Assembly: GCA_964552045.1 (NCBI GenBank)
Contig: CAZKFF010000003.1
Location: forward strand, 11,880-75,879
Source: an uncultured Candidatus Saccharibacteria bacterium
GTDB lineage: Bacteria > Patescibacteriota > Minisyncoccia > Phycocordibacterales > UBA918
DNA length: 64,000 bases
Direction of reading: 5' to 3'
Shown: positions 50,906 to 60,592 of the stretch, piece after piece
How positions within the stretch are numbered: position 1 is the first letter of the stretch
How the letters are laid out: each line of letters begins with the position of its first letter
Position numbers and translations under genes: made by a program
The notes under the pieces: generated by a model
What the model saw: only the letters and a program-made list of their open reading frames with translations
The model's database searches: none
What the model was told of the DNA's origin: nothing

Positions 50906-51328
50906 TTATGCCTCGTCTACGTCCTCCTCCTGGAGCGCTGCCAGTATCTGAGTTGCGACAACCGAGAGTTCATCATCGGTCGCCTCCCTCCCTTCTGCCA
51001 TGATGGCGCCGAGCGCTTTCTGCGTATCCTGCATGGGGTATATCTTTATGTGGACATGCGGGACTTCGAATCCCTCAACCGCAAGACACGTGCGCGCAGC
51101 CCCCAAAGCTCGGTCGGACGCTTTGGCGATCTTCTTGGCTATTCTAAAGAGATGGATATATGAATCGTCGTCGAGATCGAATGCATAATCGATGTCTTTC
51201 TTCGGGATGACAAGCGACTGCCCTTTGACTGCAGGGAATTTGTCCAGAATGGCGACGCAGAATTCATCTTCATAGATGAAATGTCCAGGGATCTCCCGAT
51301 TGATGATCTTGGTGAAAATTGATGTCAT
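50906..51328 (-). CDS. HIT family hydrolase
   Basis: MTSIFTKIINREIP...EVPHVHIKIYP. The long ORF-track extension is antisense to recJ. Confidence 0.92.
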   Translation of the reverse strand: MTSIFTKIINREIPGHFIYEDEFCVAILDKFPAVKGQSLVIPKKDIDYAFDLDDDSYIHLFRIAKKIAKASDRALGAARTCLAVEGFEVPHVHIKIYPMQDTQKALGAIMAEGREATDDELSVVATQILAALQEEDVDEA

Positions 51329-51367
51329 ACGTGTAGAGTACCGCTTCATGGTACCATAATCCTGTTT

Positions 51368-53077
51368 ATGGTCACCTACACTCCTCCGCGCAGCATTCCC
51401 AATGACGTCCTCAAAGAGCTTGCGGCATACAGTCCGCATCTGCAGCAATTGCTGTATGGCCGGGGCATTACTACGCAGCACGATGCGCATGCTTTCCTTC
51501 ATCCGTCGTATGAGGATCACCTTCATGATCCGTTTCTCCTCCACGATATGGACAAAGCGGTAAATCGCATCATGGAAGCGATGCGTACAGAAGAACACAT
51601 CGTGATCTACAGCGATTATGACTGCGATGGCATCCCTGGGGCGGTCGTGCTCCACGATTTTTTTCGTGCCATCGGCTATGAACGCTTCTCTAATTACATA
51701 CCGCACCGGCATTACGAAGGGTTCGGTCTGAGCGCGGCGGCTGTTGTAAAGCTCAAGGATGAGGGTGCATCGCTCGTGATCACCATTGACTGTGGCACAA
51801 GCGACGTCGAGGCTGTAGAGAAGGCCACTGAGCTCGGGATTGATGTCATTATCACGGATCATCACGAGGCAAAGGAGGTGCTGCCACAGGCGTACGCCGT
51901 AGTGAACCCGAAGGTCGGTATCACGTATCCATTCGACGGGTTGTGCGGCAGCGGCGTGGTGTACAAGCTGGTGCAGGCGCTCATCCTGAAGAACGACGCG
52001 ACGCATCAGTTCACGCTCACGCCGGGCTGGGAGAAATGGTGGCTCGATATGGTGGCACTTGCAACCATTGCGGATATGGTCCCGCTTGTAGGGGAAAACC
52101 GCGCGCTTGCCTACTATGGTTTGCAGGTGCTCCGTAAATCGCGGCGGCCCGGGCTTCAGCAGCTTGTTTCCAAACAGCGGGCGAGCATGATCCATCTCAC
52201 TGAAGACGATATCGGATTCACCATCGGCCCGCGCATCAATGCAGCCTCACGCATGGATACGCCCGAGGATGCGTTCCTGATGCTTTCGTGCAGCGATATC
52301 TCGCAAGCGGGAGCATATGTCGAGCATCTGGAGAAACTCAACAACGAACGCCGCGGGATCGTCGCCTCCATGACCAAGGAGATCAATAAGCGCATCGCGC
52401 AGCTTCCGGAACTGCCGCCGGTTATCGTGCTCGGCAATCCACTCTGGCGCCCGTCACTGGTGGGCCTGGTAGCCAATAAGCTCGCCGAAGAACACAACCG
52501 ACCGGCATTCCTGTGGGGACGCGACGGCAACGGGGTCTATAAGGGTTCATGCCGCTCGGAAGGGGTTACGAGCGTGGTCGCGCTTATGAATGAAGCAGCA
52601 CATGTGTTCGTCGAGCACGGCGGACATCATTTCTCAGGAGGATTCGGCGTGCGCGAGGATCACATCCATACATTCGGTGAAACGCTCAATGAGGCGTATC
52701 TGCGCATGGGGGAACAAGCGCATTTTGTTATGGAAGAACAAGTTGATGCTCTTTTGCAGCTTGATGACGTCACCGCCGCATTTCTCCGCGACCAGGCGCT
52801 GCTCGCACCGTTCGGCGAAGGTAATCCCAAGCCCCTGTATCTTTTCACCGGTGTGGTCCCCGCAGAGGTTGGAGTGTTTGGAAAGGCGAGAGAGCATACC
52901 AAGCTCTTCCTACAGACGCAGGGTCTTGCGCGTGAAGCCATCGCATTCTTCAGAATGCCGGAAGATTTCACAAGAGAGCCCAAGGCAGGCGAAGCGGTCG
53001 ATCTGTATGCACACGTCGAACAGTCGTACTTCATGGGACGTCTGCAGACGCGCCTGCGCATTGTTGACGTGGTATGA
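51368..53077 (+). CDS. recJ: Single-stranded DNA exonuclease RecJ
   Basis: DYDCDG, ITIDCG, ITDHH, TIADMVPL, PRINAASR, GSCRS, GGHH, PFGEGNP. Confidence 0.96.
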   Translation: MVTYTPPRSIPNDVLKELAAYSPHLQQLLYGRGITTQHDAHAFLHPSYEDHLHDPFLLHDMDKAVNRIMEAMRTEEHIVIYSDYDCDGIPGAVVLHDFFRAIGYERFSNYIPHRHYEGFGLSAAAVVKLKDEGASLVITIDCGTSDVEAVEKATELGIDVIITDHHEAKEVLPQAYAVVNPKVGITYPFDGLCGSGVVYKLVQALILKNDATHQFTLTPGWEKWWLDMVALATIADMVPLVGENRALAYYGLQVLRKSRRPGLQQLVSKQRASMIHLTEDDIGFTIGPRINAASRMDTPEDAFLMLSCSDISQAGAYVEHLEKLNNERRGIVASMTKEINKRIAQLPELPPVIVLGNPLWRPSLVGLVANKLAEEHNRPAFLWGRDGNGVYKGSCRSEGVTSVVALMNEAAHVFVEHGGHHFSGGFGVREDHIHTFGETLNEAYLRMGEQAHFVMEEQVDALLQLDDVTAAFLRDQALLAPFGEGNPKPLYLFTGVVPAEVGVFGKAREHTKLFLQTQGLAREAIAFFRMPEDFTREPKAGEAVDLYAHVEQSYFMGRLQTRLRIVDVV

Positions 53078-53120
53078 ATTTCAGGCACAATAGCTGCGGT
53101 TAGCACGAAAGGGGAATGCG

Positions 53121-53486
53121 GTGCATACAAAGATCGGCATAGTGACCAAAACGCCTGTTGCGATCGCCACGCACAGCGGGCAGGAGCTCGTCTGGCTCCA
53201 GTACAGCCTGCAGCATCTGCTGGGTCGACAGGTGGAACTGCTCGACCTGAAAGCGCTGCCGCCTGATACTGCGGGGTATGCGTGGATCATTCTCGACTGT
53301 TGCGGGGTCCGCATTGACCGCGCATATGTGGAGGAGCAGCTTTCGCAACTGCAGTGGCGCAAGGGCAGGGTGATCGTCCGGCTCTCTTCCATGCGGGAAT
53401 TGGAAGGAGAGATCGACGGTGTGCATGTGCTTAAAGGCCATGCGAAATCGCCGGAATTTGCGGCGATCATAGAAGAGGCTCTCTAG
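53121..53486 (+). CDS. Hypothetical protein
   Basis: 121 aa with an aagggg SD before the GTG. Confidence 0.55.
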   Translation: MHTKIGIVTKTPVAIATHSGQELVWLQYSLQHLLGRQVELLDLKALPPDTAGYAWIILDCCGVRIDRAYVEEQLSQLQWRKGRVIVRLSSMRELEGEIDGVHVLKGHAKSPEFAAIIEEAL

Positions 53487-53549
53487 GTGAGGGATACGCG
53501 TGAGGACGCCACATAGGCGTCCTTTCTTATTGTGGTGTATAGTACGGGT

Positions 53550-53972
53550 ATGGAAACAATCATTGCCTATACTGACGGCGGCGCGCGGGGCAACCCCGGC
53601 CCGGCAGGCATCGGCGTACAGATACAGGACGCGGACGGGAACGTTCTGAAGGAGGTTGCCCAATTCCTGGGGAATGCCACCAATAATTTCGCCGAGTACA
53701 ATGGGGTGCTTGTCGCACTCCAGACGCTGAAGGCGATGTACGGAAAGAAGACGAGAGAGATGCATATCGAGCTGCGCATGGACAGCGAACTCATCAAGAA
53801 GCAGCTCAACGGCGAATACCAGATCAAGGAGCCGGGTCTGGTGCCGTACTTCATCGAGATCCATAATCTCCGCGTATCCAATTTCCCCAATCTGACGCTC
53901 ACACATGTCCCCCGGGCGCAGAATAAAGAGGCAGACCGCCTCTCAAATGAAGCGATGGATAAAGGTTCGTAA
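53550..53972 (+). CDS. rnhA: Ribonuclease HI family protein
   Basis: YTDGGARGNPGPAG, TNNFAEY, MDSEL, NKEADRLSN. Confidence 0.93.
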   Translation: METIIAYTDGGARGNPGPAGIGVQIQDADGNVLKEVAQFLGNATNNFAEYNGVLVALQTLKAMYGKKTREMHIELRMDSELIKKQLNGEYQIKEPGLVPYFIEIHNLRVSNFPNLTLTHVPRAQNKEADRLSNEAMDKGS

Positions 53973-54208
53973 GTACGAACCCTTATCCGTTTTACACGAG
54001 GTGTAAACATACTGTTGCGAATTTATGAGCAGGCATGAGGCGGAGGAAGGCGCACGAGTATGCGCCTTTGTCTGTTCCTGTAGGGACATACCGTTATGAG
54101 CGAAGCGAATAGGTATGAGGTGGGAGCAGGGCGCTCGTGCATAAGCCCAGTTGACCGCTACACGGCGCTGTAGTAACGTGCTATCGCTGTTGCAATAGTG
54201 CGCAGCAC

Positions 54209-54643
54209 ATGGAGGAAACTCATTTGTTCATTTTCTGCGAGGTGCCCGACGGGGCTGTTTTTTCACGGCAGATGCCAACCAAAGGCACACTGCCGAAGTC
54301 GGATATCATCGGGGGCGCGTACGCGCATTCTTTCATGCTCACGGGAGACGCGAACGTGCGCGTGACCCTGCACGCCAAGGTCGGGTCACGCAAGGAACTG
54401 CGCAGTACCCTGAAGTGGCACATGAAGAAGCTGCAGCGTGAGAGCGATCGCGTCGAATTGCTTCTGGAGCCGGCTCCGAAGAATGCCCGCGTGACCATTT
54501 GCGCCCTGAGCGCCGAGAATACTACAGACCCGAATGCAGTACGGGTCCAGTTCAAAGGTCCGGAAACGGCGAATCTGCGGGACAATCAGATGATCTCGAC
54601 CCGCCGGGTTCGTCTTGCGATGGCTCAGGCGGCTCGGATCTAG
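54209..54643 (+). CDS. Hypothetical protein
   Basis: 144 aa ORF with a TTGACC upstream and a terminator hairpin downstream. Confidence 0.55.
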   Translation: MEETHLFIFCEVPDGAVFSRQMPTKGTLPKSDIIGGAYAHSFMLTGDANVRVTLHAKVGSRKELRSTLKWHMKKLQRESDRVELLLEPAPKNARVTICALSAENTTDPNAVRVQFKGPETANLRDNQMISTRRVRLAMAQAARI

Positions 54644-54801
54644 CTTTCATCCGCATTCGAGTACCCCAGGCGCGAACGTGCCTGGGTTTTCTTTTTCAAC
54701 TATCCGTATTGACCCGGCTCGGCTTTCGGCGTATTTTTAAATAAGCACGTTCACGATCACTGGCGTGCTTTTGTTCCACTAATCCTCAGAGGAGAGAGTC
54801 T

Positions 54802-54876
54802 ATGGGCACTGTTCGCATTCGAAGTACGCGCAGGCCACTCCTCATCTACGACAGTATGGGGGCCGCAGGCAGTTAG
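54802..54876 (+). CDS. Possible 24 aa peptide MGTVRIRSTRRPLLIYDSMGAAGS
   Basis: TTGACC-17 bp-TATTTT promoter and an aggag SD. Confidence 0.3.
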   Translation: MGTVRIRSTRRPLLIYDSMGAAGS

Positions 54877-55010
54877 CGCCATGTCTCTGCTGACGACAGA
54901 GACTTCCGGCCGAACATGGCTCGTCACATTCCTCTCATGAACGCCTATGGGCGTTACGTGAGTGAGGGTTGCTCTGACCCGTAACCCAAGAACTACAGGT
55001 CAAACCCCGG

Positions 55011-56612
55011 TTGCGCATGCGCAACCGGGGCGAATTGTTTCTGCTACACTTCAGATATTGCATGCGGGATATATTCGTATATGCAGGAGTCTTCGGTTTT
55101 GTATTCGGCATCTTTTCCCGGTCGTTTCTTCCCGTCCACCTGCCGGAGATACTGCTCCTTTTGATCATCAGTCTTGCAGTATGCCTCATAGGGCGCAGAG
55201 GAGGCGCCGCTTCCTCTGCGCCCTATGTGCTCTGTGCCGGCATTTTTCTTTTTCTGTTCGCGTGCGGAGCACTGCGCATGGAGCATGCAAGCTGGAGCGA
55301 GCGCAATCCGGCGTTTGAAGCGCAGCTTGGAGAAATTCATTCGTTCAGCGGCATTGTTGTCCGAGAGGTGGAGGAGAAAGAGCGTACAGTCCGTGCATAC
55401 GTTGCGGTCGGTGATGAGCTCCTTTTGGTCACGGCCCACAAGGGTACGCAGCTCGCATATGGGGATGGAGTGGAGGTGAGAGGAACGCTCGCACTCCCTG
55501 AGAAATTTGCAACAGAGCTCGGACGCACCTTCGATTACCCGGGCTATCTGCGGGCGCGCGGCGTACACTATGTGCTTCCGTTTGCGCAGGTGAAGGTCAC
55601 GCAGAAGGATGCAGGCAATCCTGTTTTGGGAGCATTATTCCGATTCAAACAGCGCTTTCTACACAATATCGAATCTGTGGTGCAGGAACCGGAAGCAGGA
55701 TTGTCTGCTGGCTTACTGCTCGGAGTGCGACAGTCGCTTCCGCAGGAACTCGAAGCGGTGTTCCGTACCTCCGGTATCACGCACATCGTTGTGCTGTCCG
55801 GGTACAACATCATGCTCGTGGTGATATTTGTCACATACGTCCTCTCGTTTTTGCTCCCACAGAAAATGCGTCTTATATTCGGTCTGATTGCCATAGCGCT
55901 GTTTGCCTGCATGGTCGGCCTTTCAGCAACGGTTTTGCGTGCGAGCATTATGGCTGGCCTTATACTCGTTGCGCAATTTTTGGGCCGTACCTACGCCGTG
56001 TTGCGGGCGCTTGCAGTGTGTGGATGCCTCATGCTTGCTTTTAATCCCTACCTGCTGGTGTTTGATGTCGGCTTCCAGCTTTCATTTGTTGCGACGCTCG
56101 GACTGATCCTTCTTGCGCCACATCTGCACTCCTATGCGCGGTTTCTGCCCGAAGCGTTGGGGCTGCGCGAATTTTTTACTGCGACGCTTGCAACGCAGAT
56201 CTTCGTACTGCCGATACTGCTCTACCAGATAGGCCAATTTTCAGTGGTGTCCGTTATCGTAAACCTGCTAGTGCTCCCCATGGTGCCGCTTGCTATGTTC
56301 CTCACGTTCACAACGGGCATGCTCGGCTTCATAGCTGTCCCGCTTGCAGAGGCGTGCGCATATCTGGCGTATGCATCGCTCTGGTACATCATTGCCGTTG
56401 CTCGCTTCTTTGCAGGACTGCCGTTCGCCTCGTTCACCTTTCCGCCGTTCCCCTTTGTCTTTGTAGTGGCAGCGTACATCGGGCTCTGCCTGCTGTTGTA
56501 CAAGCTCAAGTCCCGCACCCGCGAAGCGTTCGACGACCTGAAGGGATGGACGATCGTCGCCGAGGTCGAGCTTGAAGAAACACGCAGGGAGACGCCCGTC
56601 TTTTTCAGATGA
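55011..56612 (+). CDS. comEC: ComEC/Rec2 competence channel (DUF4131 + Competence domain)
   Basis: FDYPGYL, GITHIVVLSGYN, VLRASIMA, GFQLSFVAT. Confidence 0.92.
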   Translation: MRMRNRGELFLLHFRYCMRDIFVYAGVFGFVFGIFSRSFLPVHLPEILLLLIISLAVCLIGRRGGAASSAPYVLCAGIFLFLFACGALRMEHASWSERNPAFEAQLGEIHSFSGIVVREVEEKERTVRAYVAVGDELLLVTAHKGTQLAYGDGVEVRGTLALPEKFATELGRTFDYPGYLRARGVHYVLPFAQVKVTQKDAGNPVLGALFRFKQRFLHNIESVVQEPEAGLSAGLLLGVRQSLPQELEAVFRTSGITHIVVLSGYNIMLVVIFVTYVLSFLLPQKMRLIFGLIAIALFACMVGLSATVLRASIMAGLILVAQFLGRTYAVLRALAVCGCLMLAFNPYLLVFDVGFQLSFVATLGLILLAPHLHSYARFLPEALGLREFFTATLATQIFVLPILLYQIGQFSVVSVIVNLLVLPMVPLAMFLTFTTGMLGFIAVPLAEACAYLAYASLWYIIAVARFFAGLPFASFTFPPFPFVFVVAAYIGLCLLLYKLKSRTREAFDDLKGWTIVAEVELEETRRETPVFFR

Positions 56613-56872
56613 GCTGTACAAAAAATGGAATGTATGGCGCAACTGTGAGTATGTGCTCTGGGCGGGGTACAATAGGCCCACTACAACGTTGGAGGTAGCA
56701 CATGAGCACCGCCGCACGGAGTACATTGCCGAAGTGGCCATTGAAGACGATTGCTGCCGTGCTGGCAACAGTCGTCTGCATGGCTATGCCATTGGCTGTC
56801 CTGCTGCAGTCGCTGTAGCAGGCGCACAAAAAAGACCGTCGGGGTTTTCTCCGGCGGTCTCTTTCTTTCACT

Positions 56873-57454
56873 TTAGTTCATGCGGTCCGCGACCGTTTCC
56901 CAGTTGAGGTTCTTGAAGAACGCGTCAATGTATTCTTTCTTTTGGCTTGGCGGATAGTCGAGCATGAATGAATGTTCCCACATATCAAGCGCGAGTACGA
57001 TCTCTGCAGTAGCGAGCTGACCCAGATGCTGCTCGTCAACCCAGCCCATCACCAGCCGCTTCGCCTCCCGGTCAAAATAGAGCATCGCCCAGCCGATGCC
57101 GCGGGTCATGGCAGTTGCCTTGAATTGGGCCATGAAAGCATCCCACGAGCCCCAGAGGTATGCGCAGCTTTTGTAGAGTTCGCTGTTCTGATCGACCTCC
57201 TTCGCTCCGCCTTCGAACTGCGCGAAGTATGCTTCGTGGTTCTTCATGCCGCCGAACTCAAACCCCAGCCGGCGCTGCACTTCAGCAAGCGCATACGCAT
57301 TTTTCTCAGAGTCCTGCTTGAGTTCATCAATCTTCTCGTGAATAAGATTCACATGTTTTACGTAGCCCGCATAGAGCTTCAGGTGCTCATCAATAGTCTG
57401 CTGCGAGATGCCCGCAAGGGCAGGAATATCAAATGTTTTAGCTTCGTATGTCAT
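56873..57454 (-). CDS. sod: Fe/Mn superoxide dismutase
   Basis: EHLKLY, NHEAYF, GIGWA, LDMWEHSF metal ligands. Confidence 0.92.
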   Translation of the reverse strand: MTYEAKTFDIPALAGISQQTIDEHLKLYAGYVKHVNLIHEKIDELKQDSEKNAYALAEVQRRLGFEFGGMKNHEAYFAQFEGGAKEVDQNSELYKSCAYLWGSWDAFMAQFKATAMTRGIGWAMLYFDREAKRLVMGWVDEQHLGQLATAEIVLALDMWEHSFMLDYPPSQKKEYIDAFFKNLNWETVADRMN

Positions 57455-57506
57455 AGTTTCACGCTATTCTGGTAATGGTGAAAGTGTATCATAGAGACAA
57501 TGAACT

Positions 57507-58373
57507 ATGAGTGATGCCGCCGTACGCGCCCGCATATCCTTCCTGCTTGTGTTTGGTGTATTGTCGCTTGCGACGCTGCTCTTTTCCTATACCGTATCTT
57601 CAGCACGCACGCCGTACCTGCAGGTGCATTTTCTTGACGTGGGGCAAGGGGACGCGATCTTCATCGAGACGTATGGAGGCACGCAGGTGCTCATTGACGG
57701 GGGGAGCGGCTCGCAGGTGCTCTCGGAACTTGCATCGGTGATGCCGTTCGGCGACCGGGACATTGATATGGTGGTCGGTACCCATCCGGATCTCGATCAC
57801 ATCGGCGGCCTCACCGATGTTCTGGAGCAGTATGAAGTGAAGACCATTCTCAAGACAGAGAACAAGGGAGACAGCGATACTGCGCAGCTCTATGAGGCGC
57901 TCACCCAGGCAGAAAATGCCCAGGTTGTCTTTGCACGGCGCGGACAGGAGTTCGCGCTTGATGCGTCGACGACCCTGCGCGTCTTATTTCCTGAAACGAA
58001 CCCCGTAGCGCTTGAAAGCAACACGTCGTCGATTGTGCTGCAGCTCTCCTACGGCAGTTCGACATTCCTCTTCACCGGCGATTCGCCGAAGAGCATTGAA
58101 GAGTATCTGGTGCTGACCGAGGGAGCGCAATTGCGCAGCGATGTGCTCAAGGTGGGACACCACGGCTCGCGCACCTCCACCTCGGAGCTTTTTCTCGATG
58201 AGGTGCAGCCTTCGTTCGCGGTGATATCGGCGGGGAAAGACAACAGCTACGGCCATCCGCATGTGGAAGTGACCGACTTACTATTCAACAGCAACGTGGA
58301 GACGTTCAACACCGCTCAGGAAGGGACGATCACATTCCTCGCTGATGAGACAAAAGTCTGGCGAAAAGAATAA
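57507..58373 (+). CDS. ComEC-type metallo-beta-lactamase-fold nuclease (separate ORF)
   Basis: FLDVGQGDA, THPDLDHIGG, FTGD, LKVGHHGS, NSYGHPH. Confidence 0.92.
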   Translation: MSDAAVRARISFLLVFGVLSLATLLFSYTVSSARTPYLQVHFLDVGQGDAIFIETYGGTQVLIDGGSGSQVLSELASVMPFGDRDIDMVVGTHPDLDHIGGLTDVLEQYEVKTILKTENKGDSDTAQLYEALTQAENAQVVFARRGQEFALDASTTLRVLFPETNPVALESNTSSIVLQLSYGSSTFLFTGDSPKSIEEYLVLTEGAQLRSDVLKVGHHGSRTSTSELFLDEVQPSFAVISAGKDNSYGHPHVEVTDLLFNSNVETFNTAQEGTITFLADETKVWRKE

Positions 58374-58430
58374 GGGATTGAAGAGCAACCTCTTTTCATG
58401 TATATGTGAAGTACTGGAAAGGAGATACCT

Positions 58431-58565
58431 ATGAATACGATCCAGCAGTTCTTCTATCGGCTGTCACCGGCATGGGTGCGCATGCAATTGTGGGGCATCA
58501 ATGACAAGCGTCTTCTGCTGCCGCAGGACAACCTGTTCCGCTTTATGCGCGACGGGACAGACTGA
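58431..58565 (+). CDS. Small protein (44 aa) MNTIQQFFYRLSPAWVRMQLWGINDKRLLLPQDNLFRFMRDGTD
   Basis: gaaaggag SD at good spacing; ends at a terminator hairpin. Confidence 0.55.
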   Translation: MNTIQQFFYRLSPAWVRMQLWGINDKRLLLPQDNLFRFMRDGTD

Positions 58566-58609
58566 ACAAAAAAGAGCCCGGCACCTTTGGTGCCGGGCTC
58601 GATTTCTAT

Positions 58610-58852
58610 TTAGATGAGATTCGCTCCCTTGAGTGTCGCGTATGCTCCGTTCTTCGCAATGGTACGGAGTCCCTTTGTCGAAACCTTGATAGTGATGTGC
58701 TTATCAAGCTCTGCAACGTAGATGCGCCGCTTGTGGAGGTTCGGAGCGCGCTTTGTTTTACCGGAAGGGTTAAACTGCGTCGCACGTGTGCGGTTGCTGT
58801 ACTTGCCTCCAATCTGGGTCTTCTTGCCCGTGATGTCACATTGCTTTGCCAT
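58610..58852 (-). CDS. rpmB: 50S ribosomal protein L28
   Basis: MAKQCDITGKK...TKRAPNLH...IKVSTKGLRTI. Confidence 0.93.
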   Translation of the reverse strand: MAKQCDITGKKTQIGGKYSNRTRATQFNPSGKTKRAPNLHKRRIYVAELDKHITIKVSTKGLRTIAKNGAYATLKGANLI

Positions 58853-58950
58853 ATAGTTTGTTTTTAGCCCCGCCATACTACCATGGGCTTCATATAATGC
58901 AAGCCCTTATTCCTTTTATGGAGCCGTGGTTTAGCGTACTATAGGAGCAT

Positions 58951-59586
58951 ATGGAACAGGTAATCATCATCGTTGCACTTATCATATCGATCATTCTCCA
59001 TGAAATGGCTCACGGCTATGCAGCCAATGCGCTCGGAGACCCGACCGCCCGACTGCAGGGCCGGTTGTCGCCCAATCCGCTGGTACACATTGATCCTCTG
59101 GGTTCGGTCATTATCCCGGCCTTCCTGTTTCTCACTCAGGCAGGTATCCTCTTTGGTTGGGCAAAACCGGTTCCGTACAATCCGTACAACCTCAGCAACC
59201 AGAAATGGGGGGAGGCGCTTGTGGCGGCAGCAGGGCCGGCAACCAATGTGCTCTTGGCGGTTATTTTTGCGCTCATTATCCGTTCCGCTGACGCGCTTGC
59301 GCTGTCTGAGTCGTTCCTGCAGATATCGCTCTACATCGTCTATATTAATATCCTTCTGGCGTTCTTCAATATGATACCGATCCCCCCGCTCGACGGCTCG
59401 AAGATACTCACCGCGGTTCTGCCGTTTTCAGCACAGATGCAGTATCGGAAGTTCGCGCAATGGGTAGAACGGTACGGCCTGTTCATTATGTTTGTCTTCA
59501 TCTTCGTGTTCATCACGTTCCTCTCCGACCCGTTCTTTGTCCTGGTCTCCTCTGTGGTAGAGCTTCTCACCGGCTTTTCGCTCTAG
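58951..59586 (+). CDS. Site-2 protease (M50)
   Basis: HEMAH, AAAGPATN, FNMIPIPPLDG. Confidence 0.94.
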   Translation: MEQVIIIVALIISIILHEMAHGYAANALGDPTARLQGRLSPNPLVHIDPLGSVIIPAFLFLTQAGILFGWAKPVPYNPYNLSNQKWGEALVAAAGPATNVLLAVIFALIIRSADALALSESFLQISLYIVYINILLAFFNMIPIPPLDGSKILTAVLPFSAQMQYRKFAQWVERYGLFIMFVFIFVFITFLSDPFFVLVSSVVELLTGFSL

Positions 59587-59624
59587 GTATTGCATGGGAA
59601 GGACAAAGCAGGTATACTCCAGAC

Positions 59625-59772
59625 AGTACTGGAGCATCCTCTTCTTCCCTTGCCACGGCCCCGCTGACTGAAGGAAGGGCGGGAGATGCAAACCTGGAAG
59701 TCTCGGACTTCCCGCTCCAGAGGATCTTGTTCTCCCGCCCACCTTTCGCGGCCTCGTTTGGGGCCGTTTTTT
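59625..59772 (+). ncRNA. Candidate small structured RNA
   Basis: TTGCAT-17 bp-TATACT promoter; gggcgggaga/tctcccgccc stem; terminator hairpin with T-run. Confidence 0.5.
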
Positions 59773-59815
59773 CTTGCAAAAAAAGATAAATATAGTATTG
59801 TGTGCAGGCTTATTT

Positions 59816-60229
59816 ATGGCAACAATTAATCAATTAGCACGAAAAAGTCGCGCGTCTAAGACCAACAAGTCCAAGACGGGTGCGTTGCAGCTTGGCTTCA
59901 ACTCTATCGAGAACAAGCCAAACCACTACAACTCGCCGTTCAAGCGAGGCGTATGTACGCGTGTGACCACCAAGACTCCGCGCAAGCCGAACTCTGCGAT
60001 CCGAAAGATCGCGCGTGTTCGTCTTTCGAACGGTCAGGAGATCACTGCGTACATCCCGGGTATCGGCCACTCACTGCAGGAACACTCAGTGGTGCTCGTC
60101 CGCGGAGGCCGCGTGAAGGACATCGGCGTACAGTACACGATCGTTCGTGGAAAGTACGACGCAACGGGAGTAGATGCTCGACGCATGGGACGATCACGCT
60201 ACGGCGCGAAGCGACCTAAAGGTGAGTAG
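59816..60229 (+). CDS. rpsL: 30S ribosomal protein S12
   Basis: [44 protein letters not shown]. Confidence 0.98.
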   Translation: MATINQLARKSRASKTNKSKTGALQLGFNSIENKPNHYNSPFKRGVCTRVTTKTPRKPNSAIRKIARVRLSNGQEITAYIPGIGHSLQEHSVVLVRGGRVKDIGVQYTIVRGKYDATGVDARRMGRSRYGAKRPKGE

Positions 60230-60592
60230 AGACTAAATGTCTCTACGCAAGACCTTGCCTGATATTTTCTGAGCGAGCGAAAGAAAATATCGACGAGGTG
60301 TACAGCTTCTGTAAGAAGAATAATTTCTTCATCGTACAGAACCGGCACATTACTAATAAATAGTCTATATTCGCTACAGATAACGGATGAGGTTCAAGCC
60401 AGAAATGGCTTCGGAACCGCACTATGCGAAGAATGAAATGTGGCATTGTCATATTCTCATTTGTTTGCATGTAAGTTACTCATGCGGGTTGGGGCATATT
60501 GTGGGAGTGCGTGATCTGAAAATGCATTAGGAATAGCATTTTGAGATTTACAAGTTTTCTACAATTCGCTCCGCTCATTAAGAAAACTAATA
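60230..60592 (+). ncRNA. Long structured rpsL-rpsG spacer (candidate regulatory RNA)
   Basis: 363 nt almost entirely made of consecutive hairpins. Confidence 0.45.

Noticed and set aside
50906-52195. 429 aa minus-strand ORF and many other long overlapping ORFs (e.g. 3280-4335, 6721-7734, 61274-61921)
   Set aside because: Antisense shadows of well-supported genes; only the 3' HIT and small membrane portions are kept.
54882-54902. CTGACGA hammerhead-like core
   Set aside because: It sits in a simple hairpin loop without the GAAA core and three-stem junction.
56605-56871. Short ORFs between comEC and sod
   Set aside because: They overlap a terminator hairpin and have no motif or start signal.
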